A DNA stretch of 63,396 bases, filler included, from a bacterium (lineage in GTDB: Bacteria; JALSQH01), in NCBI GenBank assembly GCA_026985515.1. It is 3 parts of 3 records of this genome, joined end to end, with 100 filler letters (N's around TTAATTAATTAA, not from the genome) between each part and the next. Parts side by side here need not be neighbours in the genome. Positions count along the whole stretch, not along the records: positions 21,275 to 42,287 come from JALSQH010000008.1; 2 more parts are not named here. One strand, given 5' to 3'. Under the pieces are notes generated by a model. That model saw only the letters and a list, made by a program, of their open reading frames with translations, made no database searches and was not told the origin of the DNA. The position numbers were made by a program, and so were the translations under genes. Of the stretch, positions 29,696 to 40,748 are shown in pieces. Each line of letters begins with the position of its first letter. Position 1 is the stretch's first letter.

Positions 29696-31008
29696 TGCTC
29701 GGGAATATTGATTCTCTCGGAAAAGTTCCTGAATTGAGAAAGAGGATCTTTTTTACCCTTTTAATGCTTGCCGTTTACAGAATAGGTGTTTTCATTCCTA
29801 CCCCCGGTGTTAATACGCAGGCTCTCATGAGTTTTTTCCAGAGGGCCCAGGGAACTCTTTTCGGAATGATAAATCTCTTCTCAGGTGGTGCAATAAGCAG
29901 ATTCTCTGTTACAGCTCTTGGTGTTATGCCCTACATCAGTGCCGCCATAATATTGGAGGTACTTACAGTTGTTATACCAGCTCTCGATCAGCTAAAAAAA
30001 CAGGGTGAGCTTGGAAGGAAGAAGATAACACAATATACCAGGTATCTCACAGTTGCCCTTGCCTTTTTTCAGGGACTTGGAATAGCATATGGACTTGAGG
30101 GGATGAGAGGTCCGGGAGGAGAAGTAATAGTCCTCTATCCGGGTTGGGGGTTCAGAATTTTCACTGCGCTTATCCTTGCCACCGGCAGTACTTTTCTCAT
30201 GTGGTTGGGTGAGCAGATAACTGAGCGTGGTATAGGTAATGGTATCTCCCTTTTAATTTACGCTGGTATTGTTGTGCGACTCCCGGCTGCTATAGGCAGT
30301 ACGATTCAGCTGATGAAGGTTGGCGAACTTTCCCTTTTCACTGTTCTTTTCATACTTATCCTTGCTTCTGTAGTTGTATGGTTTATAGTGTTTATGGAAA
30401 CAGCTCAGAGGAGATTACCCGTTCAGTATGCAAGGAGGGTAGTTGGCAGGAAGGTTTATGGAGGTACAAGTACCCACCTTCCTTTAAAAGTTAACACTGC
30501 AGGTGTTATTCCTCCCATCTTTGCCAGTTCATTGCTGATGTTTCCACTGACTGTGACGAATTTCATCAGGACACCCTTTACAGAGTCTGTCAAGTACTAC
30601 TTTTCACCTGGAACATTCTGGTATGAAATTGCATATGTTGGGTTAATTATTTTCTTTGCATATTTTTACACCGCCATTCAGTTCAATCCGGTTGATGTTG
30701 CTGATAATCTCAAAAAGTGGGGTGGATACATTCCTGGAATAAGACCGGGGAATCAGACAGCAGAATATATTGACAGAGTTCTCTCCAGGATAACCCTTAT
30801 TGGAGCTCTTTATGTTGCAGCAGTTTGTGTTCTTCCCACAATTCTTATCAAAAGATTTAATGTTCCCTTTTACTTTGGTGGTACATCTCTTTTAATCGCT
30901 GTTGAAGTTGCCCTCGATACAATGCAGCAGATACAGGCTCATCTTGTGAGCAGGTACTATGAGGGATTTCTTGGTAAGGGTGCCAGAATTAGAGGAAGGC
31001 GTTACTGA
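29695..31008 (+). CDS. secY: preprotein translocase SecY
   Basis: LGVMPYISA, GIGNGISL, IPGIRPG, FGGTSLLI. Confidence 0.99.
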   Translation: MLGNIDSLGKVPELRKRIFFTLLMLAVYRIGVFIPTPGVNTQALMSFFQRAQGTLFGMINLFSGGAISRFSVTALGVMPYISAAIILEVLTVVIPALDQLKKQGELGRKKITQYTRYLTVALAFFQGLGIAYGLEGMRGPGGEVIVLYPGWGFRIFTALILATGSTFLMWLGEQITERGIGNGISLLIYAGIVVRLPAAIGSTIQLMKVGELSLFTVLFILILASVVVWFIVFMETAQRRLPVQYARRVVGRKVYGGTSTHLPLKVNTAGVIPPIFASSLLMFPLTVTNFIRTPFTESVKYYFSPGTFWYEIAYVGLIIFFAYFYTAIQFNPVDVADNLKKWGGYIPGIRPGNQTAEYIDRVLSRITLIGALYVAAVCVLPTILIKRFNVPFYFGGTSLLIAVEVALDTMQQIQAHLVSRYYEGFLGKGARIRGRRY

Positions 31009-31029
31009 GAATTTAAAAAGGAGAAGGTT

Positions 31030-31677
31030 ATGAACCTTATTTTTCTTGGACCTCCTGGCGCTGGTAAGGGAACCCAGGCGAAGAAGCTTGTGCAGTTACT
31101 TGGAATTCCCCAGATATCAACAGGTGATATTTTAAGGGCAAAGAAGGAGGAGGATTCACCTCTCGGGAGGCAGATTAGAGAAATTATGGCTGAAGGTAAG
31201 CTTGTGCCTGATGAAATTGTGGTGGAAATAGTTAAGGAAAGATTATCGCAGCCTGATTGTGAGAAGGGTTTTATTCTTGATGGTTTTCCAAGAACTATAC
31301 CTCAGGCGGAGGCTCTTGATGAGGTGCTGAAGGAAATGGGAAGAAAGATAGATGCTGTGGTTTACATTGAAGTCCCGGAGGAGGAGCTTATAAAGAGAAT
31401 AAGTGGAAGAAGGGTCTGTGAAAAGTGTGGTGAAGAGTATCATGTTATTTTTAAACCTCCGAAGGTGGAAGGTGTATGTGATAAATGTGGAGGGAGGTTG
31501 ATTCAGAGGGAGGATGATAAAGAGGAAGTGGTGAGGAAGCGAATCGAGGTTTATAACAATTCCACAGCGCCGCTGATAGAGTATTACGAGGAGAGGGGTC
31601 TTTTGAAGAGGATTGACGGAGTTGCCTCAATGGAAGAGGTCTTTGCCAGGATAAAGAAAGCCCTCGGGATAAATTGA
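31030..31677 (+). CDS. adk: adenylate kinase (Zn lid)
   Basis: GPPGAGKGTQA, LDGFPRT, CEKC...CDKC. Confidence 0.99.
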   Translation: MNLIFLGPPGAGKGTQAKKLVQLLGIPQISTGDILRAKKEEDSPLGRQIREIMAEGKLVPDEIVVEIVKERLSQPDCEKGFILDGFPRTIPQAEALDEVLKEMGRKIDAVVYIEVPEEELIKRISGRRVCEKCGEEYHVIFKPPKVEGVCDKCGGRLIQREDDKEEVVRKRIEVYNNSTAPLIEYYEERGLLKRIDGVASMEEVFARIKKALGIN

Positions 31678-32429
31678 TGGGGATCAATTTAAAAAGCAAG
31701 CGTGAAATTGAGATAATGAGGGATGCTAACAGAATAGTGGCTGAAATTCTGTTGGATTTGAAAGAAAGAGTGAAGGAGGGGGTTACCACAGCTGAACTTG
31801 ACAGAAGAGCGGAGGAACTCGCCGGGAAATATGGTGCTGAACCTGCATTTAAGGGATATATGGGATATCCAGCTTCTCTCTGTGTCTCGATTAATGAGGA
31901 GATTGTGCATGGTATTCCCTCAGAAGAGAGAGTAATTAAAAATGGAGATATTGTGAGTCTCGATTTTGGGGTTATTTACAAAGGGTATTATGGTGACGCG
32001 GCTCTGACCGTGGGAGTGGGAAATATTTCTGAAACGGCGAAGAAATTGATGGAAGTGACTGAAAAGGCTCTTTACATAGGGATAGAGGAGGCTGTACCCG
32101 GTAATCATATTGGTGATATTGGTTTTGCTATTCAAAATTTTGTGGAGAAAAATGGTTTTAATGTGGTGAGGGAATTTACAGGACATGGAATAGGTAAAAA
32201 ACTTCACGAAGAGCCGTATGTGCCCAATTATGGAACAAGGGGAAGTGGGCCCCTTATAAGAGAGGGGTTAACCATAGCAATTGAGCCAATGGTCACTGAA
32301 GGCACCTGGAAGGTGAAGATACTTAAGGATGGCTGGACTGCTGTCACCGCAGATGGGAAACTCGCCGCTCATTTTGAGCATACGATTGCTGTTACTTCAA
32401 GCGGACCGGAAATTTTGAGTAGAGTATGA
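31674..32429 (+). CDS. map: methionine aminopeptidase type I
   Basis: CVSINEEIVHGIP, GHGIG..LHEEP, AIEPM, AHFEHT. Confidence 0.99.
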   Translation: MMGINLKSKREIEIMRDANRIVAEILLDLKERVKEGVTTAELDRRAEELAGKYGAEPAFKGYMGYPASLCVSINEEIVHGIPSEERVIKNGDIVSLDFGVIYKGYYGDAALTVGVGNISETAKKLMEVTEKALYIGIEEAVPGNHIGDIGFAIQNFVEKNGFNVVREFTGHGIGKKLHEEPYVPNYGTRGSGPLIREGLTIAIEPMVTEGTWKVKILKDGWTAVTADGKLAAHFEHTIAVTSSGPEILSRV

Positions 32430-32430
32430 T

Positions 32431-32459
32431 TTGCAGGAAGAAAGCAGGTATGGTAAAAT
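32431..32459 (+). promoter_or_regulatory. internal sigma70-type promoter upstream of infA
   Basis: TTGCAG-17 nt-TAAAAT with TG extended -10, in the 57-nt map-infA gap. Confidence 0.5.
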
Positions 32460-32486
32460 TATTTTCAAAAAACAAAAGGGTATTTT

Positions 32487-32723
32487 ATGCCAAAAAAACA
32501 GCCTAAATCAATAGAAGTAACGGGAGAGGTACTTGAATTGTTACCAAATGCAATGTTTAAGGTAAAACTTGAAACGGGTCATGTTATACTTGCCCATATT
32601 TCGGGGAAAATGAGGATGCATTACATAAAGATAATTCCTGGTGATAAGGTCAGGGTTGAAATTTCACCTTATGATCTCACCAGGGGAAGAATAACCTACA
32701 GGTTAAAAGGAGATCAGAAATGA
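32487..32723 (+). CDS. infA: translation initiation factor IF-1
   Basis: [24 protein letters not shown]. Confidence 0.99.
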   Translation: MPKKQPKSIEVTGEVLELLPNAMFKVKLETGHVILAHISGKMRMHYIKIIPGDKVRVEISPYDLTRGRITYRLKGDQK

Positions 32724-32833
32724 AGGTAAGTGCATCTGTAAAGAGAAGGTGTGAGAAGTGCAAGATTGTCAGGAGAAAAGGAAGGATATATGTAATTTGT
32801 GAGAATCCCCGTCATAAACAGAGACAGGGGTAA
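32720..32833 (+). CDS. rpmJ: 50S ribosomal protein L36 (absent from the ORF track)
   Basis: Translates to [37 protein letters not shown]. Confidence 0.98.
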   Translation: MKVSASVKRRCEKCKIVRRKGRIYVICENPRHKQRQG

Positions 32834-32844
32834 GGAGGATCGGA

Positions 32845-33225
32845 ATGCCAAGAATTGCAGGTGTTGATATTCCAAAGAACAAAAAAATCTTTATAAGTCT
32901 TACCTACATCTATGGTATAGGTAAAACCACATCGCTTGAAATTCTTAAGAAGGCAGATGTTGACCCGGATAAAAGAGCTGGTGAACTTACTGCTGAAGAG
33001 GTGCAGAGGATAAGAAAGGTGATTGATGAAGGATACAAGGTGGAAGGTGCTCTCAGAGCTGAGGTGCAGAGAAACATAAAGAGACTTATGGATATTAAGG
33101 CTTACAGGGGTCTCAGACATATAAGAGGCCTTCCTGTCAGGGGACAGAGAACCCATTCCAATGCAAGGACAAGAAAGGGTCCAAGAAACAAACTGAGCAC
33201 AAAGAAAAAGAAAAAAGAGAAATAG
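32845..33225 (+). CDS. rpsM: 30S ribosomal protein S13
   Basis: [17 protein letters not shown]. Confidence 0.99.
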   Translation: MPRIAGVDIPKNKKIFISLTYIYGIGKTTSLEILKKADVDPDKRAGELTAEEVQRIRKVIDEGYKVEGALRAEVQRNIKRLMDIKAYRGLRHIRGLPVRGQRTHSNARTRKGPRNKLSTKKKKKEK

Positions 33226-33236
33226 TGTGGAGGTAG

Positions 33237-33632
33237 TTGATGGCGACAAGAAGGAGAACAGGAAAGAAGAAAAAGGCGAAAAAGGGTATAACAGAGGGAT
33301 ACATATACATTCATGCCACTTTCAACAATACTATTGTGACTGTTACCGATCCAAAGGGAAATGTGATAGCCTGGTCATCGGGTGGAGTCGTGGGCTTTAA
33401 AGGTGCAAGAAAAGGAACTCCTTATGCGGCTCAGCTGGCTGCTGAAGATGCTGTGAAGAAAGCCATGGCAATGGGGTTGAAGAGAGCTGGAATCCTGGTT
33501 AAGGGACCTGGTCCCGGTAGAGAAAGTGCTCTTCGAGCAATTGGGATGAGCGGGATTCAGGTCACATTGATTAAAGATATAACACCCATTCCTCACGATG
33601 GGTGCAGGCCACCAAAAAGAAGAAGAGTATAA
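33237..33632 (+). CDS. rpsK: 30S ribosomal protein S11
   Basis: [30 protein letters not shown]. Confidence 0.99.
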   Translation: MMATRRRTGKKKKAKKGITEGYIYIHATFNNTIVTVTDPKGNVIAWSSGGVVGFKGARKGTPYAAQLAAEDAVKKAMAMGLKRAGILVKGPGPGRESALRAIGMSGIQVTLIKDITPIPHDGCRPPKRRRV

Positions 33633-33644
33633 AGGAGGAATCCT

Positions 33645-34277
33645 GTGGGAAGGTATACCGGTCCAGTTTGCAGATTGTGCAGGCGCGAAGGAGTAAAATT
33701 ATACTTAAAGGGGGAGAAATGTTACTCACCCAGCTGTCCCTTTGAGAAGAGACCTTATCCCCCTGGACAGCATGGTAGAAGTATCAGACCAAGACCCACT
33801 GACTACTGGCTCAGGTTGAGGGAGAAACAGAAAGCCAGAAGGATATACGGGGTCAGTGAGAAACAGTTCAAAAAATATTATGAGATGGCTGATAGAATGA
33901 AAGGTGTAACAGGTGAAAATCTACTTATTCTGCTGGAACGCAGACTCGACAATGTTGTTTACAGAATGGGGTTTGCAGTCTCAAGGAGGCAGGCGAGACA
34001 GCTTGTGGTTCACAGACATTTTAAGGTTAACGGTAGAGTTGTGGACAAGCCTTCTTATCTTGTAAAGCCCGGAGATATCATAGAGGTCAAAGAAGAGAGC
34101 AGGAATGTTGAGTTGTTTAAAGAAAATCTTGAAAGGGCCCAGGAGAGAGGTTTTCCACACTGGGTTGAGGTGGACCCTGAAGCATTGAGAGGTAAATTTG
34201 TTACATATCCTGCAAGGGAAGATCTCAGGGCACCGGAAATTAAGGAACAGCTTATTGTTGAGTTTTACTCAAGATAA
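33645..34277 (+). CDS. rpsD: 30S ribosomal protein S4
   Basis: [32 protein letters not shown]. Confidence 0.99.
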   Translation: MGRYTGPVCRLCRREGVKLYLKGEKCYSPSCPFEKRPYPPGQHGRSIRPRPTDYWLRLREKQKARRIYGVSEKQFKKYYEMADRMKGVTGENLLILLERRLDNVVYRMGFAVSRRQARQLVVHRHFKVNGRVVDKPSYLVKPGDIIEVKEESRNVELFKENLERAQERGFPHWVEVDPEALRGKFVTYPAREDLRAPEIKEQLIVEFYSR

Positions 34278-34298
34278 AAATCCCCGGGAGGATAGTAT

Positions 34299-35312
34299 AT
34301 GTACGATATTGAAAAATTCTGGGAATCTTTTATTAAGCCGGCCAGGATCCTGTACAATATTTCCAATCTCACAGACAGTTATGGTAAGTTTTATGTTGAG
34401 CCGTTTGAGAGAGGTTATGGTGTAACTATTGGTAATTCATTGAGAAGAGTCCTCCTCTCCTCTATTCCTGGGGCTGCCATTGTTGCCATTAAGGTAGAGG
34501 GTGTTCTGCATGAGTTTACCAGTCTTCCTGGTGTGGTGGAAGATATTCCTGACATAATTCTTAATCTGAAAAGTATAAGAGTGGCCATTCAGTCTGAAGA
34601 TGAGGTTGTGGAAGGTTCCCTGGAGGCTGAAGGGGAAAGGGAAATTAAGGCAGGTGACCTCAAGTTTCCAGAAAGTGTCAAAATCCTCACTCCCGATGTG
34701 CACATTGCCACTTTGTCTTCCAATGGGAAACTCAATATGCGGCTGTGGGTAATGAGAGGTAAGGGATATCTTCCTGCGGAGAGAGTAAAAGAGAAATTTA
34801 TAGAGCCTCCAATTGACATGATTTTCCTTGATGCTGATTTCTCTCCAGTGAGAAAGGTGGCTTATCACATTACCAATGCGAGGGTGGGAAGGATATCAGA
34901 TTATGACAGGCTCAATATTGAAATATTGACTGATGGAAGTGTAAATCCAAAAGAGGCCTTAAATTACGCTGCACAGCTTCTGATCAAGCATTTTGAAATA
35001 TTCAGTAAGATTGAGCCTGAAAAGCAGGAAGAGGAGAAGAAGGAACCGGAGGTGGACCCAGTTTTTTATACTCCTATTGAGGAATTTAAATTTCCTGAAA
35101 GGGCAATGAATTGTTTGAGAAACGAGAATATAAAGTATCTTGGTGATCTTGTACAGAAGACTGAATCTGAACTGATGGGAATAAAGAACCTTGGTGAGAA
35201 AACCCTGAAGGAAATTAAGGAGATCCTGGAAAGCCATGGTTTTCATCTGGGAATGAAGATAGAGGGCTGGAAGCGTCCTGAAGAGAAGAAAGGAGTTGGA
35301 GATGAGACATAG
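34299..35312 (+). CDS. rpoA: RNA polymerase alpha subunit
   Basis: [28 protein letters not shown], alpha-CTD RAMNCL...NLGEK. Confidence 0.99.
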   Translation: MYDIEKFWESFIKPARILYNISNLTDSYGKFYVEPFERGYGVTIGNSLRRVLLSSIPGAAIVAIKVEGVLHEFTSLPGVVEDIPDIILNLKSIRVAIQSEDEVVEGSLEAEGEREIKAGDLKFPESVKILTPDVHIATLSSNGKLNMRLWVMRGKGYLPAERVKEKFIEPPIDMIFLDADFSPVRKVAYHITNARVGRISDYDRLNIEILTDGSVNPKEALNYAAQLLIKHFEIFSKIEPEKQEEEKKEPEVDPVFYTPIEEFKFPERAMNCLRNENIKYLGDLVQKTESELMGIKNLGEKTLKEIKEILESHGFHLGMKIEGWKRPEEKKGVGDET

Positions 35313-35835
35313 AAAGGATCACAGCAAGCTAAACAGAGACAGGGATCACAGGAAGGCATTGATGAGGAATCTGTTGAGGGCTCTCTTTACTCATGAGAAG
35401 ATTGTGACCACTGTGCCAAAAGCCAAGGAACTGAGAAGACATTCAGATAAACTGATAACTCTGGGGAAAAGGGGGGATCTCCACGCGAGAAGGCTTGCGC
35501 TTGCAATTTTACCTGATAAAAAGCTTGTAAAGAAAATTTTTGATGAACTTGCTCCAAGATATAAAAACAGACCTGGAGGATACACCAGGGTATTGAGGTA
35601 CAGAAACAGAAGAGGCGATAATGCTCCACTGGCAGTAGTGGAACTTGTGCAGGAAGAGTTAAAGATAAGAGTGAGGAAGAAAAAGATTCAGGAGGAAAGG
35701 GAAAAGTTAGAGGCGGAGGAAGAGAAGAAGAAAGAGGAAATTCAGGAGGTTAAGGAAGAGGTTAAAGCTGAAACTCAGGAAGAAGCTTCCGTTGAAAGGC
35801 AGGAGGAACAGGAAAATAAGGAAGAGGGGAATTAA
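35302..35835 (+). CDS. rplQ: 50S ribosomal protein L17 with an acidic C-terminal extension
   Basis: [28 protein letters not shown]. Confidence 0.98.
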   Translation: MRHRKDHSKLNRDRDHRKALMRNLLRALFTHEKIVTTVPKAKELRRHSDKLITLGKRGDLHARRLALAILPDKKLVKKIFDELAPRYKNRPGGYTRVLRYRNRRGDNAPLAVVELVQEELKIRVRKKKIQEEREKLEAEEEKKKEEIQEVKEEVKAETQEEASVERQEEQENKEEGN

Positions 35836-36599
35836 TCCTTTATCCCCTCTTTTATCCAGTTTAACCAGTTTTTAATGTCTTCTCCTTCTTCCAGTTTTTT
35901 TATCAGTGCTGAACCAATTATAAAGCCGTCCACGAGGTTTTTTATTGAAGTAAGCTGTTGGGGTCTGCTTATGCCGAAGCCAGCGGCAACTGGCTTATTT
36001 GTTTCTCTTTTCAGTCTCCTGAAAAGCTCAATACCTTCTGGAGGAATTTCGTCTCTTGCCCCTGTGGTACCTGTTCTGGTTACGGCATAGATGAAACCGG
36101 AAGATGCCTTTACAAGTTTTTTAAAGTATTCACCCTTAATGGTTGGTGGGATCAACATTGGTGTTACAATGCCGAGTGAATTGATTTTTCTGTAAAAATT
36201 TTCCCCTTCAATGAGAGGGAGATCAGGTATTATTATTCCGTCGATTCCGGACTTTTTCAGGTTTTCGATGTATTTGAAACCTTTTCTGGCGATGGGATTG
36301 TAATAACTCATTGTTATTAATGGGATATCTGGATGTTTTTTTCTTATCTCTGAAACTATTTCAAGATATTTTTCAGGTGTCATTCCTCTTTTCAGTGCCT
36401 CCTGGGACGCGAGTTCAATTACCGGACCATCAGCAACGGGATCGCTGAATGGCAATCCAATTTCAAGTATCTCAAATCCAGCTGATATCACTCTGTCAGC
36501 CCATTCCAGAGTGGTTTCATCATCCGGGTATCCGCAGGTGAGATAGCCAATAAAGATTTTTCCAGATCTTCTGAATACCTCATCAACTCTGTTTTTCAT
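35832..36599 (-). CDS. trpA: tryptophan synthase alpha chain
   Basis: [30 protein letters not shown]. Confidence 0.98.
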   Translation of the reverse strand: MKNRVDEVFRRSGKIFIGYLTCGYPDDETTLEWADRVISAGFEILEIGLPFSDPVADGPVIELASQEALKRGMTPEKYLEIVSEIRKKHPDIPLITMSYYNPIARKGFKYIENLKKSGIDGIIIPDLPLIEGENFYRKINSLGIVTPMLIPPTIKGEYFKKLVKASSGFIYAVTRTGTTGARDEIPPEGIELFRRLKRETNKPVAAGFGISRPQQLTSIKNLVDGFIIGSALIKKLEEGEDIKNWLNWIKEGIKD

Positions 36600-37764
36600 G
36601 AAGTGCCTCCATTATGGTTTCCATATCCTTGTCTCCCCTTCCGGAGATGTTGACCACTACGATGTCTTCCTGCCGGAATTCTCCTCTGTGTTTTAGCAGA
36701 TACGCAACTGCGTGTGCTGATTCGAGAGCAGGTATGATTCCCTCGCTTTCTGCCAGAACTTTTACAGCCTCGATAACTTCGGTATCGGTGGCTGATGATG
36801 CCTTTACCCTTCCCGAATAGACGAGATGGGCCAGTTCTGGCCCCACTCCAGGATAGTCGAGACCAGGAGCTATCGAGTGGACCTTTTTCACCTGTCCATT
36901 TTTGTCCTGAAGGAGCAGGGATCTGGTACCGTGAAGATATCCGGGTGTGCCAAGGTTGAGGGTTGCAGAATGAAGAGAATCAAGTCCTCTTCCCGCAGCT
37001 TCCACGCCTATCAGCCGTGTGTTTCTGTTTCTTATGAAGGCTGAAAATATGCCCATCGCATTGGATCCCCCTCCCACACAGGCAATGACATAGTCAGGAT
37101 CTCTACCCTCAATTTTCCTTATCTGCTTTTTTGTCTCACTTCCAATGACTGACTGGAAAAATTTTACAATTGCTGGATAGGGATGGGGTCCAACAACAGA
37201 GCCAAGAAGGTAGTATGTGGTGGTCACATTCTCTGCCCATTCTCTCAGAGCCTCATTTATTGCGTCTTTCAGTGTTCCACTACCCTTGTTCACCGGTACA
37301 ACCTTTGCCCCCAGGAGTTCCATTCTGAGAACATTCAACCTCTGGCGTTTAACATCTTCGCTGCCCATAAAGATTTCGCATTCAAGGCCAATGTGAGCTG
37401 CAGCTGTGGCTGTGGCAACCCCATGCTGTCCCGCTCCTGTTTCTGCAATGATTCTCCTTTTCCCCATGTATTCAGCCAGCAGTGCCTGACCAATTGTATT
37501 ATTGATCTTGTGGGCGCCAGTGTGAGCCAGATCCTCTCTTTTAAGATAGATTTTTGCTCCGATGATTTTTGAGAGCCGTGGTGCGTATGTGAGGGGAGTG
37601 GGTCTGCCAGCGTATTCCTTCAGCAATTTTCTGTATCTTTTAAGGAATTCACTATCTCTTTTTGCCCTGATGAAGGCACTTTCTAATTCCTCTAAAATGG
37701 GAATAAAGAGTTCAGGTATGTAGACTCCGCCAAAACTCCCGTAGTATCTCTTCAATCTGAACAT
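36583..37764 (-). CDS. trpB: tryptophan synthase beta chain
   Basis: [39 protein letters not shown]. Confidence 0.99.
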   Translation of the reverse strand: MFRLKRYYGSFGGVYIPELFIPILEELESAFIRAKRDSEFLKRYRKLLKEYAGRPTPLTYAPRLSKIIGAKIYLKREDLAHTGAHKINNTIGQALLAEYMGKRRIIAETGAGQHGVATATAAAHIGLECEIFMGSEDVKRQRLNVLRMELLGAKVVPVNKGSGTLKDAINEALREWAENVTTTYYLLGSVVGPHPYPAIVKFFQSVIGSETKKQIRKIEGRDPDYVIACVGGGSNAMGIFSAFIRNRNTRLIGVEAAGRGLDSLHSATLNLGTPGYLHGTRSLLLQDKNGQVKKVHSIAPGLDYPGVGPELAHLVYSGRVKASSATDTEVIEAVKVLAESEGIIPALESAHAVAYLLKHRGEFRQEDIVVVNISGRGDKDMETIMEALHEKQS

Positions 37765-38381
37765 GCTCCCTCCTTTATTTTTGTGGAAATTTCCCGTAAT
37801 TTTACCGGATCTTTTTTACCCGGCTCCATTTCCACCCCACTGTTAAAGTCAAGCCCGAAGGGTTTGAAGATCCTCACCGCTTCGCAGAAATTGTCTGGAT
37901 TCAGGCCTCCAGCTATGATAATGGGAAAGTCCAGTTTCGCAAGGAAGGAAAATTTTTCCCATTCAAATCTTCTTCCGCTTCCCCCGTAGCTCTTTGAAGG
38001 AGTGTCAACCAGAATGGCAAATAGGGGCAGATTTATGTATTCTTCAATTCTTTTCTGCAGATTTTCATCTGCGTGTAAAGCCTTTATTACTGTTTGTGGG
38101 GGGAGTTTTTTTATGTACTCTGCTGGTTCGTCACCGTGAAGCTGGATCAGGTCAAGGTTTACCTCTCTGTAGATTTCAACCACTTTCCCGGGGTTTTCAT
38201 TTACAAAAATTCCCACTTTTTTAATCCTGGTTGCTTTTGAAATCTTTTTTGCCTCTTCAGGTGGTATGTATCTTTTACTCCCGGGGTAGAAATTGAGGCC
38301 AATGGCATTGAATCCAAGTTTTTCCACAAGTTTTGCGTCTTCAATTGATTTTATGCCACACACTTTAATCCACAACTGCAT
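37752..38381 (-). CDS. trpF: phosphoribosylanthranilate isomerase
   Basis: IKVCGI, QLHGDE, GGSG, AGGL, SGVE. Confidence 0.97.
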   Translation of the reverse strand: MQLWIKVCGIKSIEDAKLVEKLGFNAIGLNFYPGSKRYIPPEEAKKISKATRIKKVGIFVNENPGKVVEIYREVNLDLIQLHGDEPAEYIKKLPPQTVIKALHADENLQKRIEEYINLPLFAILVDTPSKSYGGSGRRFEWEKFSFLAKLDFPIIIAGGLNPDNFCEAVRIFKPFGLDFNSGVEMEPGKKDPVKLREISTKIKEGACSD

Positions 38382-39126
38382 TTTTCAATTCCCTCACCTT
38401 TTCTTCCAGATTTTCACTTTTAAGAATGGATGTTCCCACAAGAAAACCCATTACACCTTTTTCTCTGAGGAGCCTGATATCCTCCGTCTTTTCAATGCCG
38501 CTTTCACTTACCACTGTTATTCCCTGGGGAATGTGGTCGATGAGGTTTATGGTGGTGGAAATGTCAACTCTGAAGGTTTTCAGATCCCTGTTGTTTATGC
38601 CTATCATAACTGGGTCAATACTGAGTGCCTTCTCAATATCCTCCTTTGTGTGAGCTTCAACGAGCGCCTTCATTCCCAGGCTGTTCACAGCATCGTGGAG
38701 TTTTTCAAGTTCCTTTTCATTGAGTGCGGTGGCAATGAGAAGAACGATATCTGCTCCAAGGCTATAAGCCATTTCCACCTGCCATTCATCCACAACAAAT
38801 TCCTTGAAAAGGATTGGAATTTCGGTCCTTAAGGCTATTTCCCTCACCCAGCATGGATTACCAGAGAAGTATTTTCGATCCACCACCACAGATATTGCAT
38901 CAGCCCCACCTCTGATGTAAAGCTGAGCCATTTCGATGGGGTCAATTTCTCTGATTTTACCGGCTGATGGAGAGGCGGCTTTAATTTCGGCGATGAGAAA
39001 GGGGTGATCTGGTGGAAAGGGAATAACTTCCCTGGGTCTTGAATCTTTCGTGAGTTTTCCGAATTCCTTTTTGAGTTCTTTAATCTCGGATCTCTTGTGA
39101 GAAACTATTTCATCAAGAATACCCAT
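38365..39126 (-). CDS. trpC: indole-3-glycerol phosphate synthase
   Basis: IAEIKAASPS, GINNRDL, VSESGI. Confidence 0.98.
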   Translation of the reverse strand: MGILDEIVSHKRSEIKELKKEFGKLTKDSRPREVIPFPPDHPFLIAEIKAASPSAGKIREIDPIEMAQLYIRGGADAISVVVDRKYFSGNPCWVREIALRTEIPILFKEFVVDEWQVEMAYSLGADIVLLIATALNEKELEKLHDAVNSLGMKALVEAHTKEDIEKALSIDPVMIGINNRDLKTFRVDISTTINLIDHIPQGITVVSESGIEKTEDIRLLREKGVMGFLVGTSILKSENLEEKVRELKNAVVD

Positions 39127-40165
39127 TTTTTACTTCCTCCATCTGGGAAAAACCTACTAACTGGTTCAGCTTTTCAAGTGGTTTTAATGATTCAAGGACT
39201 TTTTTCGCCTCACTGATTCCTTCGGAAATGTCATTTCCATTTTTCAATGCGAAGAGGACACCTGCGTTGAGAATTACAGTGTCAATTGCTACCTGAGGAG
39301 CTTCTCCTCTGAAGATCTTTTTTATCAGCTCTGCACTTTCATCTGGGTTTTTAACTTTTATTTTCTCCCTTTCCTTTTCATCGTGCTTTAAACCAAAGTC
39401 TTCCGGTTTTATTACTCTTTCTTCAGTTCCTGTTTCGTTAAAAAATATAATTCTGGTGGGAGCAAATGGTGATACTTCATCCATTCCATCATAGCTGGAG
39501 AATACAGCACCTCTCCTTGTTCCCATTTCCCTCAATGCAGAGGAGATGGTATCGATGTATGATGGAGAGAACACCCCCATTGAGTGGTATGATACGGGTC
39601 CCGCAGGATTTACAAGCGGTCCAATAATATTAAAGATTGTTCTGAATCCAAGTTTCTGCCTCACCGGCGCCACGGCTTTCATGGCTGGATGGAAGAATGG
39701 TGCAAAGAGGAAGGTTATTCCTATTTTCTTGAGGGCCTCCTCTGCTCTCTGCGGAGTGAGGTTCTTTATGTTTACCCCGAGAGAGACCAGAACATCTGCA
39801 GATCCGGAGGCACTGGTTATTGATCTGTTGCCATGTTTGGCGACTTTGAAACCTCCAGCTGCTGCAAGAAAGGAAACTGCTGTGGAAATGTTGAAGGTTC
39901 CCGAATTATCTCCTCCTGTTCCACATGTATCGGCAAGTTTGTCTTTCTCATCGCACTCAACTTTTACCATCTTTTCCCTCAGTGCCTCTGCAACACCAAG
40001 TACTTCATTGAGTGATTCCCCTTTTATTCTGAGGGCGGTGAGGAAAGCCGCTGTTTGCACCGGGTCTATCTCCCCGTTGAGGACAGAAAGGATAAAGTTT
40101 TTAATTTCCTCTCTTTCGATTTCTTCGCCATTTATCAGTGAATTAATCAGCGTTTTGTAGCCCAT
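39113..40165 (-). CDS. trpD: anthranilate phosphoribosyltransferase
   Basis: DTCGTGGD, NISTA, KHGNR, GSAD. Confidence 0.98.
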   Translation of the reverse strand: MGYKTLINSLINGEEIEREEIKNFILSVLNGEIDPVQTAAFLTALRIKGESLNEVLGVAEALREKMVKVECDEKDKLADTCGTGGDNSGTFNISTAVSFLAAAGGFKVAKHGNRSITSASGSADVLVSLGVNIKNLTPQRAEEALKKIGITFLFAPFFHPAMKAVAPVRQKLGFRTIFNIIGPLVNPAGPVSYHSMGVFSPSYIDTISSALREMGTRRGAVFSSYDGMDEVSPFAPTRIIFFNETGTEERVIKPEDFGLKHDEKEREKIKVKNPDESAELIKKIFRGEAPQVAIDTVILNAGVLFALKNGNDISEGISEAKKVLESLKPLEKLNQLVGFSQMEEVKNGYS

Positions 40166-40748
40166 TGCTTCCTCCTTTTACAATTTCTGTGAAGTTTCTT
40201 ATGATTTTTTTACCTTCAGGTGTGAGGACAGACTCTGGATGAAACTGAATCCCGTATGCGGGATATGTGCGGTGTCGCACCGCCATTATTTCATCATCAT
40301 CTTCAGATCTTGCAAGGATTTCCATTGATTCGGGGATCGCATCTGCCACGAGGGAATGATATCTGCCCCCATCAAATACTTCTGGAATTTCCCTGAATAT
40401 GGTATCACTCTTTATGATCCTGATTTTTGACACCTTTCCATGCATTATTCTTTTTGCCCTTCTGATTGTGGCACCGAAGGCGAATGATAGTATCTGATGA
40501 CCGAGGCATATTCCCAGGATGGGAGTCTTTTCAGAAAAGCGTTTCACAATTTCAACCACACCGGGATAATCTTCAGGATGTCCCGGACCGGGAGATATGA
40601 TAATGGCTTCAGGGGAGAGTTGTATAATTTTTGCAGGTGTGATTACATTTGTTCTGAGAACCAGAAGATTTTCCTCTCCAATTATTTCTCCAAGGTACTG
40701 GTAGAGATTGTAGACAAATGAATCGAAATTATCTATTATCAGATACAT
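40143..40748 (-). CDS. trpG: anthranilate synthase component II (start ATG 40748)
   Basis: [29 protein letters not shown]. Confidence 0.96.
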   Translation of the reverse strand: MYLIIDNFDSFVYNLYQYLGEIIGEENLLVLRTNVITPAKIIQLSPEAIIISPGPGHPEDYPGVVEIVKRFSEKTPILGICLGHQILSFAFGATIRRAKRIMHGKVSKIRIIKSDTIFREIPEVFDGGRYHSLVADAIPESMEILARSEDDDEIMAVRHRTYPAYGIQFHPESVLTPEGKKIIRNFTEIVKGGSNGLQNAD

